Source: Octopus bimaculoides (Eukaryota). From it: 34,080 nt of DNA. This document shows, piece after piece, positions 1-11,100 of this stretch. Location: contig NC_068985.1 of NCBI RefSeq assembly GCF_001194135.2, positions 126,288,448 through 126,322,527 on the forward strand, given 5' to 3'. Made by a program: the position numbers and the translations under genes. How positions within the stretch are numbered: the stretch's first letter is position 1; the number at the start of each line of letters is the position of its first letter. A model generated the notes under the pieces. The model searched no databases. It saw only the letters and a list, made by a program, of their open reading frames with translations, and was not told where the DNA came from.

Positions 1-11
1 AAGAGAACTAA

Positions 12-12
<1 letters not shown>

Positions 13-62
<50 letters not shown>
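13..62. repeat. (TAGA)n microsatellite
   Basis: Direct reading. Confidence 0.95.
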
Positions 63-63
<1 letters not shown>

Positions 64-229
64 GTGAGATGATTGTAAAAGATACAATGTTTATTTCGAT
101 CCAACGTCTCAACTTCGTCTTCTGTAAATATTATAGTCCCTACATATATATAAATACTTTCTCAGAACCTTGAGTGTAACACCTATATCATCTACAAATA
201 AGTTTTTAGAGAGATTTCTAGTTAGGTTA

Positions 230-1275
230 TTGGTTTTACTGATATTGTAAATAGGGTTCTATCAAAGTAAATAGGGTTCTATCATTCGCTCGGGTTCTTT
301 TCTCGACTGTACCACCACTTCCCTTTTCGCAGGACTGGGAATTTTCCGGTTGTGGTATCACCTGTTGTTAGCTTCTACCAAAAGGCCCCCGAACAAGTCG
401 GGCATGTGAAGATAAAGCTTGTAGTGCAGACTGTCCAGTCCTGACCACTTCTCGCACACGCAGCCATCCATCACTTTTCATATTTTGTCAACCGTTATCG
501 GCGTTTTGCAAAACTTTGTATCCTAAAACCGAGAGCCATGGCAGGCCGTCGAGGCATGTGATAAAGTCTACCTCATTTTCGGTCTGCAGTCCACCCGCAA
601 AGTATTGAGTTAAATACCGCTGAAAAACTGCACACATCTTGGAATCGAGGAGCAGGCACTGCTCCTGATCCATCAAAGACCGAATTGTGGCTTTATCTCT
701 ACGTTGCGCCTGGGCCACCGGGACCATCAAACGGCTTTCGTTTCCTCATGCCTTCGAGCACGCATCCCAGCTCTGACGAATCCATCAAGAGCCAATATCA
801 CTGCCAGCTCGTCAGTCGCAATAACTTTTCTCAGTGCTCTTCCAAATCACTAACTAGCTCTCCCTCTACTGTAGGATTCTCTATCTAGATTTCCTTACTA
901 AACCTAATCAATCAATTCTAATCTAATAGCCCTTTCAAGGATAACCACCATCGGTTGTTGACAGTTGGCTCTATCAATCTCCCCTTAACTCCTGCTAATC
1001 AGTAAGCTTGGTGCGCCGAGAGCGATGCACTCATCTTCCAGTAACCGGGGCATTGCCGATGAAACCCATCTATGTCAACCGTACAGGTCACAAATTTATT
1101 GTCAGTGTAGCCGATGATTTTAAATTGTTGAAAATTAATGATATCCCTATCTGCTGGCCGACAGAATACTCTATCTAGATACGATCTGGATGACCATATG
1201 CTGTTTTTCCATGTCCACATTACTGCATTCAGGAAATCGAATCGGTTCCTGTCAGGTAGTTGGAAACGACCTTGT
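230..1275 (-). mobile_element. L1/Tx1-clade LINE ORF2 fragment (APE endonuclease C-terminus, linker, RT N-terminus), decayed
   Basis: Minus-strand remnants 'MWTWKNSIWSSRSYLDRVFC', 'GYTDNKFV' (SDH-like), 'PGYWKMSASL', 'NNRWWLSLK', 'SGLDSLHYKLYLHMPDLFG' (SPGLDGLP-like). Multiple stops and frameshifts. Confidence 0.8.
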
Positions 1276-1382
1276 ATCGATGAAAGGAGAAGTTGATCTC
1301 GTCGGGATTTGAACTCAGAACGTAAAGAGCCAGAACATACACCGCAAAGCATTTTGTCCAACACTCAAACAACTCCGCCAAT
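1276..1382 (-). mobile_element. tRNA-derived SINE, family 1 (partial)
   Basis: Reverse complement of the 'tttacgttctgagttcaaatccc..gagatcaactt..ctttcatcga' core seen in many copies in this window. Confidence 0.75.
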
Positions 1383-1419
1383 TCAACGCAATAAAGAACA
1401 AGAAATATATCAATGTATA

Positions 1420-1560
1420 TGAGATACTTCATGTCATCGACCCCGTAAGGATGGAAGGAAAAGTTGACATTGGTGGGATTTGAACGCAGAACGAAAAGAG
1501 CCAGAGTAAATACTGCAAGATCTTTTTTTTTTCCCGACACTAACGATTCTGCCCATCAAC
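1420..1560 (-). mobile_element. tRNA-derived SINE, family 1 (partial)
   Basis: Second adjacent diverged copy (gaccccgtaaggatggaagg...tttgaacgcagaacg). Confidence 0.7.
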
Positions 1561-2207
1561 GGCAATAAAAATAACGAAACAACTAACTGGCACTAGCAAA
1601 ATATCTAACAATAACAACCGAAGCATTCATCCGAGGATAAGCAAAATGATCTGAAGTTTCATGCTCACATGACCGTTGCCAACGACTCAATGTTGATTAC
1701 AATAGATGAATAATACGAGTTGCTGGAGATGCGCTTCTAGGCATTCACAAAGAAGCAGGGTTTGTTCTGACACATACTTTGTCATCAAATTTAACACCCA
1801 ATTAGAGACGAAAATTATCCCTTTAAAAACGTGTTAATATTATACAAACTATACAACATAAATACAGATTGCTGTACTTCTGGGTTACTTTGCTTTCGCT
1901 TTTTGTTTGTTTGTTTGTCTTTCCTACAAACGACAAAACTAATCTTTTGTAAAAGTCTTGAAGGTTACTTAAATCCTTGTCAGGTTAAATAAAGAGCTTT
2001 GAAAGCCTCAATAGTGTCAAGGAAAAACAAAAGTAGATTTATTCGCAATACTCCTATTTAAATATGCCCACATGAAGCAGACACGTTAATTTCAGGCAAT
2101 TTTTTCTTTTCTTTTTCATGGCTCCAGCGCGTTTAGATGTTAACTGAAGGGTCGGCAGTTCGAACTTAGTAATAGTTGCCAATGTAATAAACTAGCAGTG
2201 TCATTAA

Positions 2208-2400
2208 AGTGTCGGGAAAATGCCTTGCAGTATATGTTTCGGTTCTTAACATTCTGAGTTCAAATCCCACCGAGGTCAACTGTGCCTTCCATCCTTTCGT
2301 GGTCGATGCAATACAGTACCATTCAAAGCACTGGGGTTGGCGATATCGGCCAGCTACCTCCTCTCAAAATTGCTGGCCTTGTGCCAAAACCGTAAACCAT
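2208..2400 (+). mobile_element. tRNA-derived SINE, family 1
   Basis: ttctgagttcaaatcccaccgaggtcaactgtgccttccatcctttcgtggtcgat...ggccttgtgccaaaa. Confidence 0.8.
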
Positions 2401-2429
2401 TATTACTTAAATTCAAAATTCTGGTCCTC

Positions 2430-2806
2430 CATACCAAGCAAGATGACGGCCGCCTCAAAAGGGATCTCATCTACCCTTACCCGTGAAACACGTCTTCCCA
2501 GGTAAATAGGTAGAAGGACCGCTTCTTCCGTTTTGAGGGGAGACATGCAACATAAAGAATATTCCCCCTTCGTCAGTTGTCCCTGTCCATCTACTCCGCG
2601 TACACACACACACAAATACCGGATGAACCAACAATCCGACATGAGGTGTAGACGAGGACAGCGGAATCAAACTCCCTTATGCACCAAATGGGCCAACAGC
2701 CGGAACAAGAGTGGTGATGCGAAACACCCAAAACTGAGGAAACCAGAAAGACCACGGTGGTGCTCCAGTATGAGCACAGCCGCATGGCTGAAACGAGTAA
2801 AAGAGT
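2430..2806 (+). mobile_element. Probable LINE/SINE 3' end remnant
   Basis: Ends in ggtgctccagtatgagcacagccgcatggctgaaacgagtaaaagag, resembling a recalled octopus retroposon tail. No coding motif recognised. Confidence 0.35.
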
Positions 2807-2887
2807 ATATGTATATGTATATATATATATGTTAATTCTCTAGGGGTCAGCCACATTTAAGTGGCAATATACTTCAATATATATATA

Positions 2888-3253
2888 NNNNNNNNNNNNN
2901 NNNNNNNNNNNNNNNNNNNNNNNNNNNNNNNNNNNNNNNNNNNNNNNNNNNNNNNNNNNNNNNNNNNNNNNNNNNNNNNNNNNNNNNNNNNNNNNNNNNN
3001 NNNNNNNNNNNNNNNNNNNNNNNNNNNNNNNNNNNNNNNNNNNNNNNNNNNNNNNNNNNNNNNNNNNNNNNNNNNNNNNNNNNNNNNNNNNNNNNNNNNN
3101 NNNNNNNNNNNNNNNNNNNNNNNNNNNNNNNNNNNNNNNNNNNNNNNNNNNNNNNNNNNNNNNNNNNNNNNNNNNNNNNNNNNNNNNNNNNNNNNNNNNN
3201 NNNNNNNNNNNNNNNNNNNNNNNNNNNNNNNNNNNNNNNNNNNNNNNNNNNNN
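2888..3253. other. Assembly gap (N)
   Basis: N run flanked by (TA)n. Other gaps: 5007-5045, 7983-8343, 9499-9628, 15752-15761, 19513-19933. Confidence 1.
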
Positions 3254-3297
3254 TATATATATATATATATATACATATATATATACATATATATATA

Positions 3298-4766
3298 CTA
3301 CCAGATATACACGGCGTTGCCCGGGTTAAAGAGAATAATGAAATTTTAAAATGTCGTTTAGATTACGCGGGTTTCAACTACTAGTAGTTGATATACCAAC
3401 TTTCTACATTAATAATTCTCTATCCCATGCCAGCATGGAACATAGACGTTAAGTGAAACTGAAATGCTGAAAGAAAGCTTTCAACTCATATATGTATATA
3501 AAGAAAATACACGTAATTCAAAAACACGTTTTGTGTAGCTTATTTCGTAACCAAAAACACAGCTACAAATTATAAGCAATGAAACGCAAAATGTGATGAT
3601 TCATTTGAGGTAGCGGTGAGCCAATCCGATGATAAATCTAACCTTAGTTCTTGTAAGGTTGCATGAATCCTGGCTCAGTTAAATCTCTTGTGGCCCCAAA
3701 TAATGTCATCTGTAGTGCAGCGTGGCATTGTCTAATCTTCTTTTGGAAGTGCTTGGAATCTTGATTAGTTGATGACAACAGTTTCTTCTATGGCTCTGGA
3801 GGTCGGGGGTTCTAGAAGTTTAACCTTTCTACCACTGCAGCACAGTACAGGTGTCTCTCCAGGCAAATTCCTGGCTTTACAATGATGCACTCAGTTGTCA
3901 TTGCACCAATGGAAACTCTAATGTCATCTGTATAATGAACTGCTGGATCATAACTGAAAGCTGTTTCATAGAAGTTGCTTCTCTGAGCTGTTGCAACTGT
4001 TCTTCGTTCTGCAGTGGAGAGCCTATTCTTTGTCAGCCATGCATACCTCTGTCCATCACTTTGAGATTTTCTGGTTTTTATAGTGCACAGTCTATTCGTT
4101 TCTTGGTATGCTTCACTTTGCGCAGCTGTCTCTATTTCCCTGGACAGAGACATTCTTTTGGCTGACTTTGACATTGTAGACAAATTTGACACTTTCCTTC
4201 CAGGCATGGTTATATGCGAATACAGAAATATGCGGGTGCAGAAGATAGTAAACAATGGAAATAACTGGGTAACGGAAATTATATTTGTTAATACGACAGG
4301 CAGAAAGTAAATAAGTAATTTTTACGGAAAATAAAGAACTGTACAGGTTAAAGAGAAATTTGTCACTTAGTAAACCAAAGAGCCAATATCGAAGGAGCCA
4401 GAAAAAAACCGTTAACAACAGAAAAACACAAAACCGTTGCAAAGGTAAATAAGAATTTTTTAAGGAAATTAAGTGTACGGATTTAAGTGAAATTTTTGAA
4501 GTTACTTCTGTCAGTAAATTATGGATGAAATTACTTTCATCAATAATTGTGAACTTCTTTCTGTCAGTAATTTATCGTTGTTGCTTATAAGTAGTGATTG
4601 ACAATTTACAGTGAAAACAATAATGATTGAACTTAAAGTAAAAACAATAGCGTCTAAAAATGAAAGCGAAAACAATAGAGAGTGAGTGACATATAGAGAA
4701 AGGAGGAGAGAGAGAGAGAGAGCTAGCTAGTTAGACAAATAAGATAGATAGATAGATAGAGAGAGA

Positions 4767-4797
<31 letters not shown>

Positions 4798-4853
4798 TGA
4801 GTGAGATACGCGTGAAAAGCGAATACACACACATCTCTATTTTATATTTTAGA
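3298..4853 (-). mobile_element. Non-autonomous Helitron (internal deletion derivative retaining the RepHel N-terminus)
   Basis: 3' end on minus strand: imperfect hairpin ACCCGG-GCAACG-CCGTGT, then GTAG|T (CTAG-like) at 3298. Remnant ORF 'AFSYDP..Y....VSIGAMTTEC', 'PPEP.KKLL...SKHF...ALQMTLFGA...GFMQ'. The 5' TC at 4853 (TCTAAAATATAAAA) is tentative. Confidence 0.75.
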
Positions 4854-4975
4854 CGACATTGTGATAATCCTTTGACCAATGGATGTAAGGGAAGCAATGA
4901 ATTTCTCAAAGTTACTCCGCAAAGACTTACCTCCCTTGTCCACGTAACACAGGAACATACATATATATATGTATG

Positions 4976-5006
<31 letters not shown>

Positions 5007-5045
5007 NNNNNNNNNNNNNNNNNNNNNNNNNNNNNNNNNNNNNNN

Positions 5046-5122
<77 letters not shown>

Positions 5123-5351
5123 ATAGGACTGGGAATACATATTGATTAGAATGTAAGCGAGAGACAGAGTAAGGGGTAGAAAGATGGCAAATGAATTAAG
5201 AAGAAAGAAAGAAAATGAGCGGAATCGAATAGAGAAAAGTGAATGAAGGGCGAGGTGCATAATAAATGAATAGAAATAGAGAGAAGGAGAGGAAGTAATG
5301 AAAGAGGGATGGAGGAAAGGAAAGGGTGAGATTTCAAGTATAGCAGCTTAC

Positions 5352-5494
5352 CTGATGCCGTAGAACACTTCGAATGGTGCCTTTGAAGAGGAATATAACG
5401 AAGTTGTAAAACCAATTATAAGTGTCGAGGTCAAAAGCGATATCACAACTGCAATGTGTTGCTTTCACATCAGGAGCTCCGTGTGGTGTTTTTG
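5352..5494 (-). CDS. LBP/BPI-family gene, internal coding exon D (143 nt, phase 1 to 0)
   Basis: Acceptor TCTCTCTATTTTAG|, donor CAG|GTAAGC. Encodes (T)KTPHGAPDVKATHCSCDIAFDLDTYNWFYNFVIFLFKGTIRSVLRHQ, with the 'G.P.V...CSC' disulfide Cys and 'W.YN' of the BPI1 domain. Confidence 0.92.
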
Positions 5495-5569
5495 CTAAAA
5501 TAGAGAGAGAGTAAAAGTTATGTTTTATCGAAATTATTGCAATAGAGAGAAAAACAACAGCATTAATAC

Positions 5570-6908
5570 CAGGCGGTGACAGGAGCAAAAAATTAATCAT
5601 GAAAAGTTGCCGAGTCTGCAGCGCAGTACCACGAGAAGGAATCCATGCTATCCAACAGCATCTTGGGACACTGGACTGACGGACCGATTAAATGACTCGG
5701 AGTTTGGTTAGGTCCAGATCCTGGTAGACAAAAGCAGGAAAGAGGTGACAAGCAAGATGATTAGTCTGACCCAGAAATGGACCAAGACCAAACTATCTCT
5801 GAAAGGTCGGGTGAGGGTTAATTATGACTATGTCGCATCTTTCATCTACTACCACCGTTTACAAGATCCGCTCTTCTGCTGCTATCTTTTTGATTGAGCT
5901 GCAGTCTTGGTTCAAGCCTAAACCGAGGCAGGGCGCCTGACACCTAGAATGCCTTCAGGCGCTCACAGACCTCAACCATTCTGTCAGAGTGGTCTGTGGC
6001 TGTTTCACCATGAGGGTCTACAGACGATTAGTGGGTTTTAAGAGCTACTAATTATCAGGGGAAACTGAGCATCGATGAAAATCAAATAACCGGTCCGTTC
6101 TGGAGGACTTTGCACCAAGCCTCATGAACAATTTCCAGAAATTCTCTGACTAGGCAATGCTACCGGAGAAGTGGGAATAGCATTTCGGGTTCGGAGTAAA
6201 CTTTACAAGCGTTATAGTGCCTGTCCAAGATGCGCACAGAGTGACGAAACCGTCTTGCACGCGCTCGTACAGGGTCCGTGTGTTGCTGACTTGTGGAGAT
6301 ATGTTGAACTGCTGCTATCACATGTAGGAAAGATCTGGCTATCGGCTGACATCGCTGTACAGATCGCCCCGTCACCTTCCTTTGGCCGAGAAGAGCAGGC
6401 AGTTTTCTACTGTCAGGTTACTATGGCGAAGTAGGATAGTATGATGTGTGGTGGCCACGACTGAAATGACTGTAGACAGACACTTTCCTTTACGGCCAAG
6501 TTCTCATCAACGTGTTCAAGTTTCACTTGGAGAAGAAAGTGAGGTTGGAGAATGGAGGTACTGCCTCCCACCACTGAATTTGTAAAAAGGTTGGGTATTT
6601 ACCCAACCTTTTTACAAAGAGAGAATGACCCGAGTAAGTGGCCCTGCTCTAATCTTGCACTTGTATGCTGAAAATACAGAGGAGAGAGAAATACTTGTAG
6701 TATCATCTCTGGCTAAAAGGGTGACTTGGGACCTAAGGGATTGTCTTTCACCTCTCGGTGGTGTTTCTCACCTTAACGGGGAATGTTGCTGTTATAATTC
6801 TTGTGTTAATTGTCCTTTTATTGTTTACGCGTGTTTTAGTAAATCCTCTCTGTCCTTTGTGTTTGTATCGAGCTGAACGTCTTTGCAGTCCTTGAGGCCA
6901 ACAAAGAA
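5570..6908 (+). mobile_element. L1/Tx1-clade LINE, 5'-truncated (RT C-terminus, CCHC zinc finger, 3' UTR)
   Basis: Remnants 'GAK..', 'EVTSKMISLTQKW', 'KLSLKGR', and zf-RVT-like 'CPRCAQSDETVLHALVQ'. 3' terminus tgcagtccttgaggccaacaaagaa at 6884-6907. Confidence 0.82.
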
Positions 6909-6934
6909 AAGGTCGGTATTTTTTTGTATCTCGT

Positions 6935-7020
6935 TGTTGTTATCGTCTTTGTTGTTGTTGTTTTTGTTGTTGTTGTTGTCGTCGTTGTTGTTGTCGTCGT
7001 TGTTGTTGCGGTTGTGGTTG
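6935..7020. repeat. Compound (TTG)n/(TCG) microsatellite
   Basis: Direct reading. Confidence 0.9.
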
Positions 7021-7041
7021 TTTAGTCCTGGATCAACGTTG

Positions 7042-7073
7042 AACAGACCAACAGACCAACAGACCAACAGACC
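7042..7073. repeat. (AACAGACC)x4 tandem repeat inside a dispersed-repeat remnant
   Basis: Direct reading. Confidence 0.85.
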
Positions 7074-8343
7074 TACGCTCAAAGCATTCTAACCATCACC
7101 GCCCGCCCCTTTCGGAAAAGGGACGGAGGTTTTCTTTTTCGAAAGGGAAACACAGTGCGATGTGCACTCAGAACCACTTCAATCTTTTTAATAAGACCGT
7201 ATAGGTTGGAATTTAAGAGACACTAGACTGCTATTTCTAGCAAGTTGAGCGAACACGTACAGTCACTCCACCTGTCCATCATGTCATCATTGGGAGTTTA
7301 TCTTGTCAAATCTGATGATGACCCCTAACGACTTGTGATTCAGATGACGAATCTAGAATTATCTAAATAAATATTTAACGAAATAGCTAGAAATATAACA
7401 AAATAATTGTGAAAATAAAGGATAAAAAATACTGAAGGATAAATTGAAAAAAACTTAAAAAATTTTTTTTTTAATATGAAGATAAAGATAGAAAGAAAAA
7501 GAAATTTTGTTAAGCAAACAAAAAGAATATTTCTCAAGGCGACAAGGAAATTCGAAAGAGAGACAGAATTAAGGCTAAATGGATAACATTGTCTATATAC
7601 ATTAAAAAGATTTTTGTTTTTACGTTGTTTGAATATGTAAAGTGATGAATTAATCTATCACTAGTCCGAGTTGATCGCAGATAGCAAAGAGGATGGAACA
7701 CACACACACACGTAGATACATTCATGGATGTGTATGTGTATGTGTATGTGTGTGTGCGTATGTGTTTGTGATACTTTTACAAGAAGAGTGGTCACCATAA
7801 GGAGATAGTATGGAATAATTTTTCAGTTTACAGTTAAACTGCTTTTATTTCAACTCGACATAAAAAACAATGATATATATATATAACAGAGATTTAGTAA
7901 GGGATTATCAATCAGGGCAAAATATTTCATAAAGAAAAAATATGTAATGACCATTATTTATGCCATGTCTCATATATATATANNNNNNNNNNNNNNNNNN
8001 NNNNNNNNNNNNNNNNNNNNNNNNNNNNNNNNNNNNNNNNNNNNNNNNNNNNNNNNNNNNNNNNNNNNNNNNNNNNNNNNNNNNNNNNNNNNNNNNNNNN
8101 NNNNNNNNNNNNNNNNNNNNNNNNNNNNNNNNNNNNNNNNNNNNNNNNNNNNNNNNNNNNNNNNNNNNNNNNNNNNNNNNNNNNNNNNNNNNNNNNNNNN
8201 NNNNNNNNNNNNNNNNNNNNNNNNNNNNNNNNNNNNNNNNNNNNNNNNNNNNNNNNNNNNNNNNNNNNNNNNNNNNNNNNNNNNNNNNNNNNNNNNNNNN
8301 NNNNNNNNNNNNNNNNNNNNNNNNNNNNNNNNNNNNNNNNNNN

Positions 8344-8581
8344 TGGTATAGACAACAAACAGATGTATTAATTTAACGCTCGGCAAGTGTAAAAAGTCTT
8401 TAACGTTTCGAGCCTACGCTCTTCCACAGAAAGGAACACAGAAAGAAACAAGGAGAGAAAATTTTTTAAATGTGTAGTCGCTAGCGATCTATAGTTTCAG
8501 AGTTGTCTTGTCCGAGGAACGGACAACATATCGAAGAAAATACGCAGGTAACAGGCCATTAAATCGACCTAAATAAAACAT

Positions 8582-8629
<48 letters not shown>

Positions 8630-9400
8630 TGTTTCTACAAATTCGTGGACCATGATAAAAAAACGTCTTGAACGTCAATTCAGTTGGATTCGAAATTATT
8701 ACTACCACACCATTTCCTTTTCTCTCAATCGCTATAAAAACTGTAACAGTAACACTGACACCACCACCTAACCATTAACTCAACAGGTACACAACCTCCA
8801 ACATCAAGCCGCTGATGTGCCAAGAGCAATGAAAATAACATTGATCTTGGTACTACCGACACACCGCAAATTGGAACTGCTTTGAGTCTACCACTTCCGG
8901 TTGCAACAAACCACATTTCACAGATCTATCTGTCCGAAAAGATGCATTTACTAAATCTTTGCCCAAAATTCATCTTAGGTCAGTGATTTAAGGACAAACT
9001 AAAGCTTGGTATAGAAACTAATTTCTGCAGAAAGGTTTACCAACGAAAATGAATATTAGCTCTGAAGCCGCCCAACCTCTCCGTCCTCCAATAGCACTAT
9101 CCGTAGCTCCACCTCTACTATAAGCACTACTTGATTCTCCATCTACCACCCAGACAACCTACTTCACTCCTCCTTCTGACACCGAAATTAACACTCAGCT
9201 AATGAGATTTAAACATTCAATTTTCAACATCTTAAAATAATATTCAAGTCCTTCCTTTAACCTCTCTAGATCACAATTCCTCACTCTGCAAAACCTACAT
9301 TTAGAAAAAAAACTGATAAAACTACCTACAGGCGAAAGGAGAGAATTCTGCAATGTAGAAAGTTAATACGAAAAATTGGCATTCGAGCAATTAAGCAACA
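8344..9400 (+). mobile_element. Penelope-like element remnant with inverted pseudo-LTR
   Basis: Plus-strand remnants 'EKMHLLNLCPKFI' (LLSLGPKF-like) and 'NLSRSQFLTLQNL..IKLPT' (NL...AL..L...I.PADKG-like). A hammerhead-bearing pLTR lies on the opposite strand at 8344-8480. Confidence 0.62.
8398..8433 (-). ncRNA. Minimal type I hammerhead ribozyme motif (A6U core variant) in Penelope pLTR
   Basis: Minus strand CUUU-CUGUGGA-A-GAGC(GUAG)GCUC-GAAAC-GUU-AAAG: stem I CUUU/AAAG, stem II GAGC/GCUC, palindromic ACGU stem III, GUU cleavage triplet. Confidence 0.6.
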
Positions 9401-9791
9401 CTACATTATATGCATTAGTAAAGTGTAAAATAGCAAATATCCTGATAACGTGGAATACTTATTATTCCCTAAGTTTTTAATATATATATATATATATANN
9501 NNNNNNNNNNNNNNNNNNNNNNNNNNNNNNNNNNNNNNNNNNNNNNNNNNNNNNNNNNNNNNNNNNNNNNNNNNNNNNNNNNNNNNNNNNNNNNNNNNNN
9601 NNNNNNNNNNNNNNNNNNNNNNNNNNNNAAATGTGAAACAATATAAAAGTGAAACTATTTATAACTTAACTCCGTCGAGTTATTCTTCGAGTTTTGAGAC
9701 GTAATACGAACCAGTTATACCACACAATGCTTCATCAAAAGTATTTCATGTTATATATATATAACCCAGTGCATCACCGGGGCCAAGAATT

Positions 9792-9823
9792 GGTGCAGGC
9801 GTGGTTGTGTGGTAAGAAGTTTG
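9792..9823 (+). mobile_element. 5' part of a tRNA-derived SINE head (family 2), split by an insertion
   Basis: ggtgcaggcgtggttgtgtggtaagaagtttg continues seamlessly as aagaagtttgcttcctaactacatggttccg at 11101-11170. Confidence 0.8.
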
Positions 9824-11100
9824 AAAAAGAGTTGGCAGATTATTTGCCAACTGTCAAACATATAGCTCGGGGGTGGGAGGCCAAATTTGCAACGGTGTGG
9901 TTGCTGTTTGGCACTCCCGAGGAAGCTTGCAAATTTGCAAGCGAGCCCCTCCGTATTGTGGGTGGAAGCTGATAAGAGCCTGGGTGTGTGGGCTGCCGCC
10001 TGGGATAAATCCCCGGTGGATAGAAGAGACTGTTCCCAGGGATCTGGGTGGCAGCAATTCCAGGCTCCTGAGTCAAAATGATGCCTGTAGCTGTTTGGGT
10101 CGGAGCAAAAGCTGTTTTGACCCTTTGGACCCAATCAGCTCAAGACCTTGTTTTCCCTGATTTTTTGAAGATGGCCGGGTTGAGGTACCCGTTGATACTC
10201 GAGGGACGCCCCCCCCCCAAGTGTCACCTGTGCCTGGAGCCTGGCCATATCAGGAAGAACTGCCCCCAGGGCCGTAGTAAGGCCCTAGAGCAGGAAAAGG
10301 AAAGGTGCCCCCCCCATTGGAGGGGGAGACGGTGGAAGTCGTGGAAAAGGTTGCCTCCACGAAAAAAAGAAAGCGGAAGAAGGTGAGCAACAATGGCTGC
10401 TCATCGAGGGATCCGCAGGTTGCGGGAAAGGAGGTCCTTCCGGTTAAACCAACAGAGGCCCCTGCACTCGCAACCCAAAAGAAAAGGAGAAGGAGGGAAA
10501 ATGGGATACGGCAGGCGGATGTTGATACACCGTCGGCATGTCCCGATGCTTCATCGGTGGGAAGGGTGCCACCGATGAAGCAGACTGTGAGTGGGACAGT
10601 GATTGCATTGTCTTCTACCACAGGGGAGAGGTCGTGGAGTGCTACCTGGATGGCATACTGGACCGTGAACGGTTAGAATTCAGGTGCCTGGACTATCCAG
10701 AGTGGCCTCCACAGGTGAACGCGGAAGTTCTGAGCAACTCAGAGTTGTTCCAGATAATGGCCTCCTTTAGAAAGGAAGATTTTCAATTCCTTGGAATAGG
10801 CCCCGACTTGTCACAGCAGGCTTGCTGCCTGCGGGCGACAAAAAAGTTGCTCGGGGAGGAAGTTTAATGAGGCTTAAGTGCCTATTCATTGATTGTTAAA
10901 TTATGATTGTTCGATTTGATTTGATTGTATGTAATTTGAATTGTAAAAGAACAGTGGTTTCGAGGGGTTTTCGGTCGGCGGGCGCCGAATACCCCTCCCA
11001 TTTATAACATTCGCATTTTGTCATTTCCCTTTTCATTAATGTAAATGTCCAGCCCGCATAGCTTCTATGTAAGGCCTTCATGGCCAATTTCCATGAAATA
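9824..11100 (+). mobile_element. ORF1-only (Gag-like) retroposon, 5'-truncated, 10-bp TSD AAGAAGTTTG
   Basis: TSD at 9814-9823 and 11101-11110. Frameshifted ORF with RRM-like segments ('FGTPEEACKF', 'AWVCGLPP'), zinc knuckle 'CHLCLEPGHIRKNC', basic linker and C-terminal domain ending TAA at 10867. About 230 nt of 3' UTR with AATAAA at 11097-11102. No EN/RT. Confidence 0.8.

Noticed and set aside
1-15. (TCTA)n-TTTAG| acceptor-like site at the window edge
   Set aside because: Phase-0 reading starts F-S rather than the predicted x-Cys, and only 7 nt are visible.
90-126. Hammerhead-like CAGAAGA...CGAAA on the minus strand
   Set aside because: Core U4 is missing and stems cannot be drawn.
4930-4960. 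Strong donor GAG|GTAAGT on the minus strand
   Set aside because: No usable acceptor upstream before (TA)n and a gap; the peptide is not BPI-like.
7107-7147. 14-bp inverted repeat with 1 mismatch (terminator-like)
   Set aside because: Short, inside a repeat remnant, and there is no prokaryotic context; within chance expectation.
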